A DNA stretch of 36,868 nucleotides from Chrysochromulina tobinii (taxonomy: Eukaryota): assembly GCA_001275005.1 (NCBI GenBank), contig JWZX01003277.1, forward strand, positions 1-36,868, given 5' to 3'. Below the pieces are notes generated by a model. That model saw only the letters and a program-made list of their open reading frames with translations. It ran no database searches and was not told where the DNA came from. Positions within the stretch are counted from its first letter, which is position 1. The number at the start of each line of letters is the position of its first letter. Of this stretch, positions 18,201 through 27,416 are shown piece by piece. The translations under genes and the position numbers were made by a program.

Positions 18201-21200
18201 GGCTGCCAGGCGCTCGTCGCCGACCCGATCTTCGACCAGGTCATCGTGCTCGCGATCATCGCCAGCTCAATCTGCCTCGCCCTCGACGTACCCCGCCTCG
18301 ATCCGGACTCGACGCTCGCGACGACACTTCATTACCTCGATTACTTTTGGACGGCCCTCTTCTTCTGCGAGATGATGTCCAAGGTGGTCAGCTTCGGCTT
18401 CGCGTGCGGCGAGGGCACCTACGTGACCAGTGCGTGGAACCTGCTCGACCTGGTGATCGTGACGGTCTCCTTCTTAGTGCTCCTATCCGAATTCTTCCCA
18501 ATGTTCGCGAAGCTGAAGATGCTCAGGATCCTGCGTGTGCTGCGCCCGCTGCGCCTTCTCGCCCGGAGCCCTGGGATGAAGCTCGTCATCGTCTCGCTCT
18601 TCCAGTCGATGCCCGCCGTCGGCAACGTCGTCGGGGTCGTGCTCGCCTTTCAGCTCGTCTTCGCGATCCTGGGCATGCAGATCTTCATGGGTGCTCTCGG
18701 CACGTGCTCCGATCCCTCGATCATGACCGCCGAGGAGTGCCACGAGCCGCCGGCCGACAACCTTCTTGAGCTCGAAGCGCCCGGTGGCCTCGACCTCGAG
18801 TCGATCGAGCGCCGCCTCGGAGAGAGCTCGTCGATGCCGAATATGGCAGGTATGGTGGCGACGGCTGCGGCCTCGGCGGGTGGCTTGCTGATGAACGGGT
18901 GGCCCCATGATGACACGCGATGGACGTCGCACCGGCGTCGCCTTAAGGGCGGTGGCGCCGCCGGCGGCGGCCACGTCTATGTGCACTGGGCCAACCCGGT
19001 GATCGGCTCCTTCGACTCCTTTGGCTCGGCGATGATGCTCCTGTTCGTCATGATGACGGGCGACGGTTGGGATGTGATCATGTTCGGGCTGATGGATGCG
19101 ACCGAGCCAGGGCGGGCTCCCATCCGTAACGACTCCGGAGCGGCCGCCATCTTCGCCGTTCTATGGATGTTCATCGGCAACTTTTTCGCCATCAACCTCT
19201 TCGTCGGCGTCGTTGTCGAGCAGTTCACGGCCATCAAGAACGAGGCGATTGCCGAATCGGGAGGCTCCGCGACGATGACGCCTGAGCAGGCCCAGTGGGT
19301 CGAGACGATGAAGATGAAGGCCATGGCACAGCCAGAGAAGGTGACGAAGCCGCCCGCGAACTGCTTTCGCGCAATCTTCTTCCACATCGTCACCAGCAAA
19401 GCCTTCGACACCTTCATCATTGGCGTCATCGTCGCCAATGTGTTTGTGATGGCGTGCGACTACTGGGGCATTGAGAACGACGAGGTCAACTTCACTCGGT
19501 ACAACAAGGCCATGATGTGCTTCTCGTACATCTACTATATCGAGTTCACCTTGAAGATCATTGGTCTCGGGCCGTACACCTACTTTGGCGACAATTGGTG
19601 TCGCTTCGACTTCACCCTCGTGTGCACCTCGCTGCTCGACCAGTTCGCGTCCGAGCTGCTCGAGCAGTTCCTGCCCATCCCGCCGATGGTGCTGCGGGTG
19701 CTGCGCGTGCTCCGCATCCTTCGCATCTTGCGGCTGCTCAAGGGCCCGGGCGCCCGGCGGATCCGCGATCTGATCATGACGCTCGTCATCTCGTTCCCGC
19801 CGCTCATGAACGTAGGCGGCGTCCTCACGCTCGTCGTCTTCATGTATGGGGTGCTCGGCGTCAACCTGTTCACGTTCGTGGTCGCGCAAGAGAACATGAC
19901 CGACAAGCGCAACTTCAAGACGCTCGGCAGCTCGATGCTGCTCCTAGTGCAGTGTCTCACCGGCGACAACTGGAGTGGCATGATGGTCGACGCGCTTGTG
20001 ACCGAGGACTCTGGGAAATGCTCCGCCGCGGAGGGCAACTGCGGCGGTCCTATTGCGATTCCGTACTTTGTCTCGTTCATGGTGCTTGGGAGCATGGTCG
20101 TGCTCAACCTGGTCGTTGCTGTGATCCTCGAGAACTTTTCGACGCTCGGTCAAGTGCGCTCCGACCTCGTGTCCAAGGACGACATGGAGACGTTCAAAGA
20201 GGTTTGGGGCGAGTTCGATCCGGATGCGGACAATCGGATCCCGTCCACGAAGTTGCCCGATCTGATCCTCGCCTTGCCAACTCCATTAGGCATCAAAGGC
20301 ATCGTGAGCCACCGGCCCAAGCGGCAGTTGGCCACCAAGGTTGTCCTTGGCCTCGATGTACGCGCGCCGAACGGCGTCTTGACCAAGCTACAGCAAGATG
20401 AAAATGGAGAGGTGAGCTTTCAAGATGTCCTCGACGCACTCGTGCAGCGTAGCTTCAAGCATGAAGATCTTGCGGATGCTGCCGGCGCCCTTGACGCGGA
20501 TGGCGACGGCATTCCCGACGCTTTCGAGGGCGCCAGCGGTGGCGCCAACTCAGCGGCGCTACCCTTTGCGATGGAGATGATTCGGCAACACGTGGATAGG
20601 TGGAGGACGCGATTCTTTAAGATGCATGGGAGACGGGCCACGAAGCCCGGCAATGCAAAGGCTTACGTCGCGCAGGCGAAGGCCAGCATGGGAGTCAAGA
20701 TGGCCGGTGGTCTGCCTGTCGCTGCGCCCACAGGGGCCACCAATAGGGCTGGGAGCCAATCGATGCGCCCAGCTGACCCTGCTGAGCAGCCGAAGCTCGC
20801 TGGCTATTTCGCCACGCCGGCCACCGACCGCCCGAGGCCGACCGTCAAGCCAGCCGAGCCGGGCCGTCTCTCAAATGCGAGCCAGAAAGGTCAGCGCCAG
20901 ATGTCGCAGCGGAACGGCCAACCTTCGCAGCTCCAGGTGCCCGTGACGTCCGGACGGCCAGTGTCGGTCTCCTTGGACGCGGTGTTCGAAGAATTGACCG
21001 TGACGGTGCCTGGATCTCCCACGGACCTCTCGGCCCATTCGCAGTCTATCTCGAATCCCGCCAAGGCCCGGCCGCTCAGTCCCCAGGCTGTCACCTCATC
21101 AAGGGCCCGCACGGAGATCAAGGAGATGGCAGTAGGGGCGGATGCCCTCTTGAGGAGGGCGCAGCCAGCATGCAGTCAGAGAGGAGCCGCAAGGAGGGAG

Positions 21201-21515
21201 CTGCCGCGAGCGACGACGGATGTGTCCGCACTGACGGCTGCCAGGGACAAGCAAAACGCGTCCGGTCTGGGGCGGGCTCCGAGTGCCTTGGCATCCGAGC
21301 GCGCCAAGTCCATTACGCTGGGCCGGCAACCCGCCTACATCCCCCCGTACGAGCAGATGCAGCAACAAAGCAGGCCGCCGCCAAGGCTGCCGCCAAGGCC
21401 GCCGCCAAGGCCGCCGGCCGCGGCCGAGCCCAGTATGGAGCCCAGTATGCCCGTCCCCGCCAGGCTGCCAAGGCCGGTGACGAAAGAGGCTCCGGGACTG
21501 TCTCTGGATGCCTGA
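15237..21515 (+). CDS. Four-domain voltage-gated cation channel alpha subunit (Nav/Cav superfamily, Nav-like), 2092 aa, intronless
   Basis: Four S4 segments (IRSVRALRPLRALKR; LRILRMLRILRILRLMK; LKMLRILRVLRPLRLLAR; LRVLRVLRILRILRLLK), four P-loops, III-IV linker ATMTPEQ, and C-terminal EVWGEFDPDA..LPTPLG. Confidence 0.95.
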   Translation: MLTTKASGLDALDADPPSKKVVGPSGKEYFGSVLCCLRVYTQPRKLFIRIIEAKWFDPLILCTILCNCATMAWQSPLDPCCTNKAAFIGVMEWIYLYIFTFELVSKIFAYGFLFQEGTYLRDAWCQLDFIVVSLAWLPILFPETFGNTSAIRSVRALRPLRALKRVPGMPQMISAIMAAFPKLSNVVALCSFIFLVFGIVGMELFKGALHYRCASEGFVETPGHPVSDARRRLEALPMPWGLLVEDDTPVRNVSGSLFTASSDLFTASSDALVDVHAARGVSSFASTAVAAATSAAAAAAAAPLWDLHALFEEADAPGFAKKLAIHIHRRSLKGNGGGAGGSSEADDGDDSEAAVGTPEYQELYDTGQACNPTKNAEAQRRRMKGGGASGGDGSETNDDPTLCPADTTCSYFDENLNTGLLGFDDIGKCFLIILQGTTFDTWTDPMYALMASFNPFVFIYFLLIAMLCGIFVVQLFLAVIVDEFVKAQEQDAIDKALKAAKLAKFAAFAMGGGAPVPAPPGPTEEEALLKEGTEKSDLTVVGEEVAKERGCCDCAPAPGTVRDKFGQFMTGELVGNLSTGLVVYNLYLMCAPYYGMSEEYAMDLENKATMVSWAFIIEMFGKLLGIGCANYWADGWNQLDGTIVSLSIFEMVITLIAGPGANFSFLRILRMLRILRILRLMKSWKGLYKIIVTLGKTLPQLGNIGVLMGLVLLIFGLLGMTLFAGIYAPSTGYSNQVCPGGSCPDDLEERPRYHWDYFVPAMLTCFIMMTGGWVDIVQPAYAIVGGPAIIYCVIVVIVGCFVIVNLFVAVLLNAFASPDEEEGDAQAAPAETDPANGDEKNDDAAEKGATPAVGAVLLTLKTSLEAEGRAADYTDDTREELCARFGAAVGVPAQSVGLIVSDKMPSRPTVTLDFFIWGDDKMVSSLMSSTEWSTSITSADAPILSELLSLNVVSSATVTPPPPPPLPRPKWPRDYSMLVFGPRNCFRLGCQALVADPIFDQVIVLAIIASSICLALDVPRLDPDSTLATTLHYLDYFWTALFFCEMMSKVVSFGFACGEGTYVTSAWNLLDLVIVTVSFLVLLSEFFPMFAKLKMLRILRVLRPLRLLARSPGMKLVIVSLFQSMPAVGNVVGVVLAFQLVFAILGMQIFMGALGTCSDPSIMTAEECHEPPADNLLELEAPGGLDLESIERRLGESSSMPNMAGMVATAAASAGGLLMNGWPHDDTRWTSHRRRLKGGGAAGGGHVYVHWANPVIGSFDSFGSAMMLLFVMMTGDGWDVIMFGLMDATEPGRAPIRNDSGAAAIFAVLWMFIGNFFAINLFVGVVVEQFTAIKNEAIAESGGSATMTPEQAQWVETMKMKAMAQPEKVTKPPANCFRAIFFHIVTSKAFDTFIIGVIVANVFVMACDYWGIENDEVNFTRYNKAMMCFSYIYYIEFTLKIIGLGPYTYFGDNWCRFDFTLVCTSLLDQFASELLEQFLPIPPMVLRVLRVLRILRILRLLKGPGARRIRDLIMTLVISFPPLMNVGGVLTLVVFMYGVLGVNLFTFVVAQENMTDKRNFKTLGSSMLLLVQCLTGDNWSGMMVDALVTEDSGKCSAAEGNCGGPIAIPYFVSFMVLGSMVVLNLVVAVILENFSTLGQVRSDLVSKDDMETFKEVWGEFDPDADNRIPSTKLPDLILALPTPLGIKGIVSHRPKRQLATKVVLGLDVRAPNGVLTKLQQDENGEVSFQDVLDALVQRSFKHEDLADAAGALDADGDGIPDAFEGASGGANSAALPFAMEMIRQHVDRWRTRFFKMHGRRATKPGNAKAYVAQAKASMGVKMAGGLPVAAPTGATNRAGSQSMRPADPAEQPKLAGYFATPATDRPRPTVKPAEPGRLSNASQKGQRQMSQRNGQPSQLQVPVTSGRPVSVSLDAVFEELTVTVPGSPTDLSAHSQSISNPAKARPLSPQAVTSSRARTEIKEMAVGADALLRRAQPACSQRGAARRELPRATTDVSALTAARDKQNASGLGRAPSALASERAKSITLGRQPAYIPPYEQMQQQSRPPPRLPPRPPPRPPAAAEPSMEPSMPVPARLPRPVTKEAPGLSLDA

Positions 21516-22232
21516 AAGCTGGAATCAAGCGCGGGCGCTGGGCGGTAATGACACCAACGTACAATGACATAGAGTTTTAGCGGCCGGGCGTTGTGCATCT
21601 TGATTCTTGATTACGATCTGTCCGCATGGCACCCGCGCCGCATGTTTGGTACATGCCTACATGGTCGTGACATGATCGTGAAGTCTGTGTCCCACCGCTC
21701 TCGGGCAGTGGACAGTCACAGAGCGTTAACCGTGATTTTCGAAGAGTCTAGATGTGTAGTGTATCATGCGATGCAACCCGCGCATGTTTTGGAGAATTGC
21801 ACTATTGCAGTTTACAACGTGAAGCGTGGTCTGAGACCGCGAAACGTCCCGACAACGATCCCGTTTCGCCCGACAAATGTGCGTTTGCTAATGCGTTATG
21901 CTTAACCGGCTACGCATCGCTTTTTAAGATTTAACTGTCGTCGACTAAGTGGTTAATAAAGTGGTCCGCGGCCAACTGAGGTTGGGTTCGCTTTCGATTT
22001 CGCCAAACTCCAAACACCATGCCAAACACTAAACATGTTTTTGTCAAGAAAATCGGGTGTGTGCGCGAGTAGGTTCACTACAAGCTTGTAAGTTGAGTTC
22101 ATTAAGGTGCGGTCCGCCCTCTGAGTCGTGAGTGTGCTCTGAACCGCCCTCATCACCTCAACTTCGGAGATGTCATGCTGGTGTTTGGCGGAGCGAGATC
22201 CAGTTCCAGACCACCAGAATATCTCGCGCTTC

Positions 22233-22820
22233 TCACAGTTTGCGGGCCTTCTCAAGTCGAAGCTCCTTCAGATACTCGCGCTCGAGCGCTGCGGCCTCCG
22301 TCCTCGCCACCTTGGCCTCCTCGGCCCGGAACTCCGCCTGCTGCTCGCGAAGCTCCTTGAGCTTGAACGCCTCGTGCGCGTCCCATGCGGAGCCGGTGAG
22401 CTCTGCGACGCGACGCGCGTGCGCCTGCTTCGCCTTGGCAGCCTTGATCGACGCCTCCAGCTGCGCAAAGCGCTCGGTCTCCGCTGAGAGCATCTCAAAC
22501 ACCGCTCCGGACCGAATCGGCGGGTCGGACGCGATTGCAAGCGAGCCGCGAGCATTGCGCCAAGTTTCATCGCGTAGCAACTCTAGCTCCTCGACAGCAC
22601 GATCAGCTTGGGCCGAGGCCGCCTCGGATAGGTGCTTCTCCTCCATCGTCACTGCAGGCTCGTTGGCTCGTGGCGTGGCGGACTGATTGGCTACTGATGC
22701 GACGGTGATATCCCTGCTTTTCGCGTCATACAATTCCGGCTGCAGCAGTGCTGGCGCAAAGGCAGCGCGTGAACAGCTGAAGAACAGGCACACGAGAAGC
22801 AGGACGGCTCCACCCCTCAT
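22233..22820 (-). CDS. Signal-peptide protein with C-terminal coiled coil (195 aa); possibly plastid-targeted
   Basis: MRGGAVLLLVCLFFSCSRAAFAP N-terminus; E/A/K/R-rich helical C-terminal half. Confidence 0.7.
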   Translation of the reverse strand: MRGGAVLLLVCLFFSCSRAAFAPALLQPELYDAKSRDITVASVANQSATPRANEPAVTMEEKHLSEAASAQADRAVEELELLRDETWRNARGSLAIASDPPIRSGAVFEMLSAETERFAQLEASIKAAKAKQAHARRVAELTGSAWDAHEAFKLKELREQQAEFRAEEAKVARTEAAALEREYLKELRLEKARKL

Positions 22821-22965
22821 GGATAAAGAGCGTCGTCGCGAGCACTTCACTACACGAGTCATCCTGGCCACTGCACAAGGTTGTCTGTTGTTTAATAAGT
22901 GACTCGACTTGAAACACACGAGCCGTCGGCGTCTGGTCGCGCCTCGCTCGCTCGCTCGCGCGTCG

Positions 22966-24147
22966 TCACGAGAGGACACACGCACTCGAGGCGCTAGCGT
23001 TGCCCTTGCCATCGCGTCGGTTGGATCGGGAACGGGTGCTCGATCGTGAGGACGCCATAAGTTCCGACTTCTCTTCCTCGAGGCGCCGGATCCGCGCGTA
23101 CGCCTCCTGCAACTCTCGCTCGGTGTCCTTGCTGCTACCGCCGCTGCTCCTCCTGCTGCTGCTCGACGACCTCCTCTCGCCGGGTTCGTCAACATCGTCT
23201 TGAAACGACCTCCTCTCGCCGGGTTCGTCAACATCGTCTTGAAACGACACCCGAGGCACTGCGATGGCGCCGATGGCCACGCCAGCACCCGTGTCTGCGG
23301 TCGCGCCAGTGGTCGGGTTCGTTATTGGGCCTGGGGCCGAAGGCACTGCGGTCTTCAGTCTCGGCTTGGGCAAGGGCGGCTTGCCTGTGCTCGACGCCGT
23401 GCTGGGCACCGCACGTGGCAGGGTGCCCGTGGCAGCCTGCATGCAACGATGCAGAAAGGTGCCTGGTGTGCGCCGCATGCTCAGGTCGTGCAGGACCGCG
23501 TCCATCAAGGGAAGGATCTCCTCCTCGCAAACGGCGTTGTAGATGGCCAGCTGCAGCGCGTCGTGCTCGGAGCGCTGAACTGAGCGCTGCTTCGCCTCGT
23601 CGCCACCCGCCGCTGTGAGCGGCGGCGCTGGCGGCGAGGCCGGCCAGTGCCACTGGCCCGTCTCGGGTACAGGCGGCGGCGCCTCGGCGCAGTTGCCGTA
23701 GAGATCCTCGTGCCATGAGAGCCGCGGAACGAGCTCCAGCAAGGCCTTTGGGCCCTCGAGCGCTTGCTGCGGGCCCGGGAAGACTGACACCATGCCATCA
23801 CTGCCGTTGCGCACGGCCACCTGTGAGAGGCGCCACGGCCGGCAGTTGAAGCCAGAATCACCGTGAGCGTACGCAACGGTGATGCGATAGAGGGTGCCCA
23901 CCTCCTTCGCGGACACATAGATCTCGCACCGCTCACAGGCACTCGACGCAGCACTTGCGCTTGGGAAGAGCCGGCCAGCGGAAGGCTGGCACGCATGCAG
24001 TTGCTCGAGCCACACGCTGCCAAGCGCGCCATGCAGGCAGATGCTCACATCACCGTAGCTGCCCTTGTCGTCCTTGTCAACCTCGGTGTGGATCCACAGC
24101 CGGTATAGGGTGATGCCAACTCCGTTGACGGTGCCGGCCATGTGCAT
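22966..24147 (-). CDS. PLAT/LH2-domain protein with low-complexity middle, short coiled coil and C-terminal CaaX box
   Basis: YRLWIHT..GSYGDVSICLHGALG..EVGTLYRITV..WRLSQVAV..FP fits the PLAT pattern; ends in CVLS. Start at 24147 or 24141. Confidence 0.7.
   Translation of the reverse strand: MHMAGTVNGVGITLYRLWIHTEVDKDDKGSYGDVSICLHGALGSVWLEQLHACQPSAGRLFPSASAASSACERCEIYVSAKEVGTLYRITVAYAHGDSGFNCRPWRLSQVAVRNGSDGMVSVFPGPQQALEGPKALLELVPRLSWHEDLYGNCAEAPPPVPETGQWHWPASPPAPPLTAAGGDEAKQRSVQRSEHDALQLAIYNAVCEEEILPLMDAVLHDLSMRRTPGTFLHRCMQAATGTLPRAVPSTASSTGKPPLPKPRLKTAVPSAPGPITNPTTGATADTGAGVAIGAIAVPRVSFQDDVDEPGERRSFQDDVDEPGERRSSSSSRRSSGGSSKDTERELQEAYARIRRLEEEKSELMASSRSSTRSRSNRRDGKGNASASSACVLS
23166..23248. 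repeat. Perfect in-frame 39-bp tandem duplication (SFQDDVDEPGERR x2)
   Basis: Identical units at 23166-23204 and 23205-23243. Confidence 0.95.
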
Positions 24148-24151
24148 CGTA

Positions 24152-24228
24152 CAGAGCTGACCTTTTCGCACGCAACTATGACCGTTCGGAGCGCGTTCGT
24201 GTGTGTCGATTCAGAGCTGACCTTTTCG
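24152..24228. promoter_or_regulatory. 17-bp direct repeat CAGAGCTGACCTTTTCG, 60 bp apart, in the divergent PLAT/SWEET intergenic region
   Basis: Copies at 24152-24168 and 24212-24228. The regulatory role is inferred from position only. Confidence 0.45.
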
Positions 24229-24265
24229 TGAAAAACGAGCACATAGCTCAACAAGTATTGACGGT

Positions 24266-24994
24266 ATGACAGCGACCATCGACGATGACTCAGTGTGGTT
24301 CTCTGTCGTGATGCCAACGGCCGGTAGTATCCTGGGCTTCTTCCTCGGGTTTGCGGCGGTCCCTACGATGATGAATGATCGTAAGGTGGGGAAGCTTTCA
24401 GTGGATCCCGTGCCATACCCGGTGGCCTTCACGACGTGTTCCGCTTGGTGCTTCTATGGCACGGTGATCGGTGATCCTTGGCCGTTTGTGGGAAACATCC
24501 TCCCAGTGCTTGGCAACGCATTCTGCGTCATCACTGCTCTTCGTCTCTGTGATGATCCTCGAACGGCCGCCATGACCGAGTGGATCACGATCGGTGGCAT
24601 TCTACTTCTGCTCGTCTTGCTGCTGGTCTGTGTCAGCGATTTCGTGATAAAGGACCACACACTTCGTGGGACCATCTTAGGGAACACCTGCATTTGTCTA
24701 TGCATCGTCCAATTCTCCTCTCCCTGTATCGAAGCCGTGAGGGCAGTGAGGACACGAGATGCGCGCAAGATCTCACTGCCTTTGGCCGTCACGGGCTCGC
24801 TGTGCAGCTTCTTCTGGTCGGTCTACGGCCTAACGGCGGGCCTGTCGGCCATATGGATTCCGAACGTCGCCGGCTTCGCACTCGCTGGCACAGTCTGCAT
24901 GGTCAAGCTCTGCGTCTGGAAGCTCAGCGGCGAACGACTGGTGAGAACGGAAGTAACGGAAGTCCTCGAGGTGACCATCCCCGTACCGCAATGA
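24266..24994 (+). CDS. SWEET (MtN3/saliva) sugar transporter, 242 aa
   Basis: Seven hydrophobic segments with two MtN3 halves: VPT..DPVPYP..WCFYG..GN and SSP..VRTRD..ISLPL..WSVYG..IWIPNVAG. Confidence 0.9.
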   Translation: MTATIDDDSVWFSVVMPTAGSILGFFLGFAAVPTMMNDRKVGKLSVDPVPYPVAFTTCSAWCFYGTVIGDPWPFVGNILPVLGNAFCVITALRLCDDPRTAAMTEWITIGGILLLLVLLLVCVSDFVIKDHTLRGTILGNTCICLCIVQFSSPCIEAVRAVRTRDARKISLPLAVTGSLCSFFWSVYGLTAGLSAIWIPNVAGFALAGTVCMVKLCVWKLSGERLVRTEVTEVLEVTIPVPQ

Positions 24995-25320
24995 GTCTGA
25001 TACATGTACTCGGTGGAGACGCTCACCAGATCACACCTTCTGGAACGGCCTTTGTGTGTCCTCACTTTTCGATTTTCATTCATTGCATTTCACGCCCTTC
25101 AGCCGTTCAGCGTGAACACACCAAAGGAGCACGAGGGACTACCTCGACGAACCCCAAACTATTGGAGGCCCACGCCCCTCCTCTACACCTAATCCTGCGT
25201 GCCCTACCATAGATTCCGAGTTCGGCCGAACCAGTCCAGTTCACAGCCAATGTTCACAGCCAACGGACCCCGGAAAGGCGAGCTCGAGGTCCGGGTCTGC
25301 CTCGCCCGCACCCTTCTGAG

Positions 25321-25719
25321 ATGGAAAAGCTCCTGCCATCCACGACACCGAAACCTGATCCTCTGAAAGTTCTGCTCCAAGGCATGGCCGACTCCTTCGC
25401 ACGAGCTTACGGGATCCAAGCAGAAACTGCCCAAGGGCTAATGCTAGCAGTCTTTTTCGTTGTTGTGATTGCTGTTGTGTGGCCCATTGCATTGCGCATT
25501 GGAATGGACGGAGCGGCTCCGTTCAGCACTGACACGCCAATCGAGAATGCCACACCTGCTGTTTCGCCCCTCCATGAGCAGCTGGCAACACTGGCAAACG
25601 AAAATCGGACTTTGCGATCCGCGCTGGAGCGCATTGCCGTGAGGCTGGATACCAACGAACGTCACTGCGCTGAGCTCCAGGCAAAGCTGGAGAGCAGAAG
25701 CAGTAAGAAGGAAGACTAG
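25321..25719 (+). CDS. Hypothetical single-TM protein with C-terminal coiled coil (132 aa)
   Basis: ATG-initiated ORF; TM LMLAVFFVVVIAVVWPIAL; heptads LATLANENRTLRSALERI. Confidence 0.6.
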   Translation: MEKLLPSTTPKPDPLKVLLQGMADSFARAYGIQAETAQGLMLAVFFVVVIAVVWPIALRIGMDGAAPFSTDTPIENATPAVSPLHEQLATLANENRTLRSALERIAVRLDTNERHCAELQAKLESRSSKKED

Positions 25720-25986
25720 GAGTCTCAATCCACCATGCACACTACACTCAGGTACCAACGGCTCTCGTAGTGTAGGTGTTGAAGAAGAGCCGCTGTGTGT
25801 CAAACGCGTCACAAATGCGCACGCTATCGACTTTGTCTTTGATCTAGGCATCGTCTGATATCGACGCCGATCAGACATCGGCTAATTTAGCACATTAGCA
25901 GTTTCCGGATACCTACCCTTATTTCTGAAACGGAATGGCGTGCCACAACGCTGAAATGCGGCCCGGGGCCCGGCCCTGGCTCTTGG

Positions 25987-27416
25987 TCAGACCATGGCTG
26001 TACCAGCGGAGGGCCTCGCCTCGGGCTGCGGGGCGAAGGGGGCGCTGACGAGGATCTGGTGAACGATAAGGCAGCAGCGCGGCATCTCACACTCGTCGTC
26101 GATCATCACGCCGTCGGGCAGCAACGGCGCTTTGCAGAGGGGGCAGCTTGTCGAGATCATGCGCGCTCGGGTCCAAGAGAGCAGGCACGCACGATGGAGC
26201 ATGTGTCGGCAAGGCAGCACGATAATCTCCTCGTTTTCCTCGTAGGCTTCCAGGCAGATAGGGCACTCGGGTGCCTCGGTCCAGGCGCGAGGACTGAAGG
26301 CCTCCCCTTGGAAAGAATGCAAGTACGTCGGCCCAATCGCTGTCAGCGTCGACGAGGTTTGATCCACCTCCGCTGGGGCCGGCGCCGGCGCCGGCGCCGG
26401 TGCCGGTGCTGGTGCCGCGGCACCCGTGGGCGTCGTCGTGAGCGGGCGTCGAGTCGGGCAGGCTGGTCGCTGCACAGGGCGGCGGCCTGCGCGGCGGCCA
26501 CTACGCGCAGCTGCGCGATGGTCGTCACGTTACGCGCGTCGATGACGCGCTCCAAAATCTTCTGCTGCCGTCGAGTCTCACGTGTCCTCGTTTGGAGACC
26601 GCGAGCGACGGCGAGGTGGAGGAAGAGCCCAAAGAAGCCGAGCGAGAGACAGAGCGAGTAGGGCGAGCACGAGCGCGCGAACAGGTCGAACGAGTGCTCG
26701 GTGATCAGCACCACGTACACCTCGTGCGTCTGCGAGTATCGAAAGCGGATCACCTCTCCCAGCTCTGCAGAGGCACGTGTGTACGGAACGATGCGCTGGT
26801 AAGCGACGATGCACCGCTCAGGCGCGATGTTCATCACACGCACCGCCAGGTACCCTACCAGCAGGTAAACGCCCACGAGCGCGAACGCGAGCCGCCGCGC
26901 CATCAGTAGGCTGTTGCCGTCTGAGCGCTGCTCAAGTATTCCGACCGCCAACCCAAGGGCCGCCGCGGCGAGGAGCGCGCCGACCGTGAACGCGACGGTG
27001 GCGAGCTCGGCATCGAGCCCGGCATCGGGCTCGCTCGCCGCGCTCGTGACGTTGCGTGCCGCGTTAAACATGACGAGCGGCGGCGACGGCGACGGCGGTG
27101 GCAAGGGCGGCAGTGGCGGCGGCGCGACGGGCGCAAAGGCGCATCTGTGGCAGGCGTGCGGGCATGCGCGGCATTGGCCAAAGTCTGCTGCGCTGCCGCA
27201 CGGGTTCGCGCGGCAGCCCGGATCAAACTTTTCCAGCCACGCGCACGTGTACAGTCCGCCACCGTAGGCGGACCAGGCAGGATCATCGTGGCACCAGCCC
27301 TCCTCGTGCTCGCCCGCCTCGCCGGATGGCTTGAACTCATCGAGGATTAACCACACGCTCATTATGAGCGCCGCCGTCGCGAAGGTGCACAGAGAGCCGC
27401 AGGCGATCCGGACCAT
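25987..27416 (-). CDS. Multi-pass membrane RING-H2 E3 ligase; reading frame broken once near 26457
   Basis: The 5' frame has a signal/TM, Cys-rich ectodomain, Pro linker and three further TMs. The 3' frame has CPICLE..LPCRHMLHRACLLSW..CPLC. Adding one base to the GGG run at 26456-26458 gives a single 476-aa ORF. Confidence 0.75.

Noticed and set aside
22821..23288. Upstream extension of the 351-aa ORF 22233-23288
   Set aside because: It overlaps the PLAT gene's 3' end in another frame; the signal peptide begins at ATG 22820.
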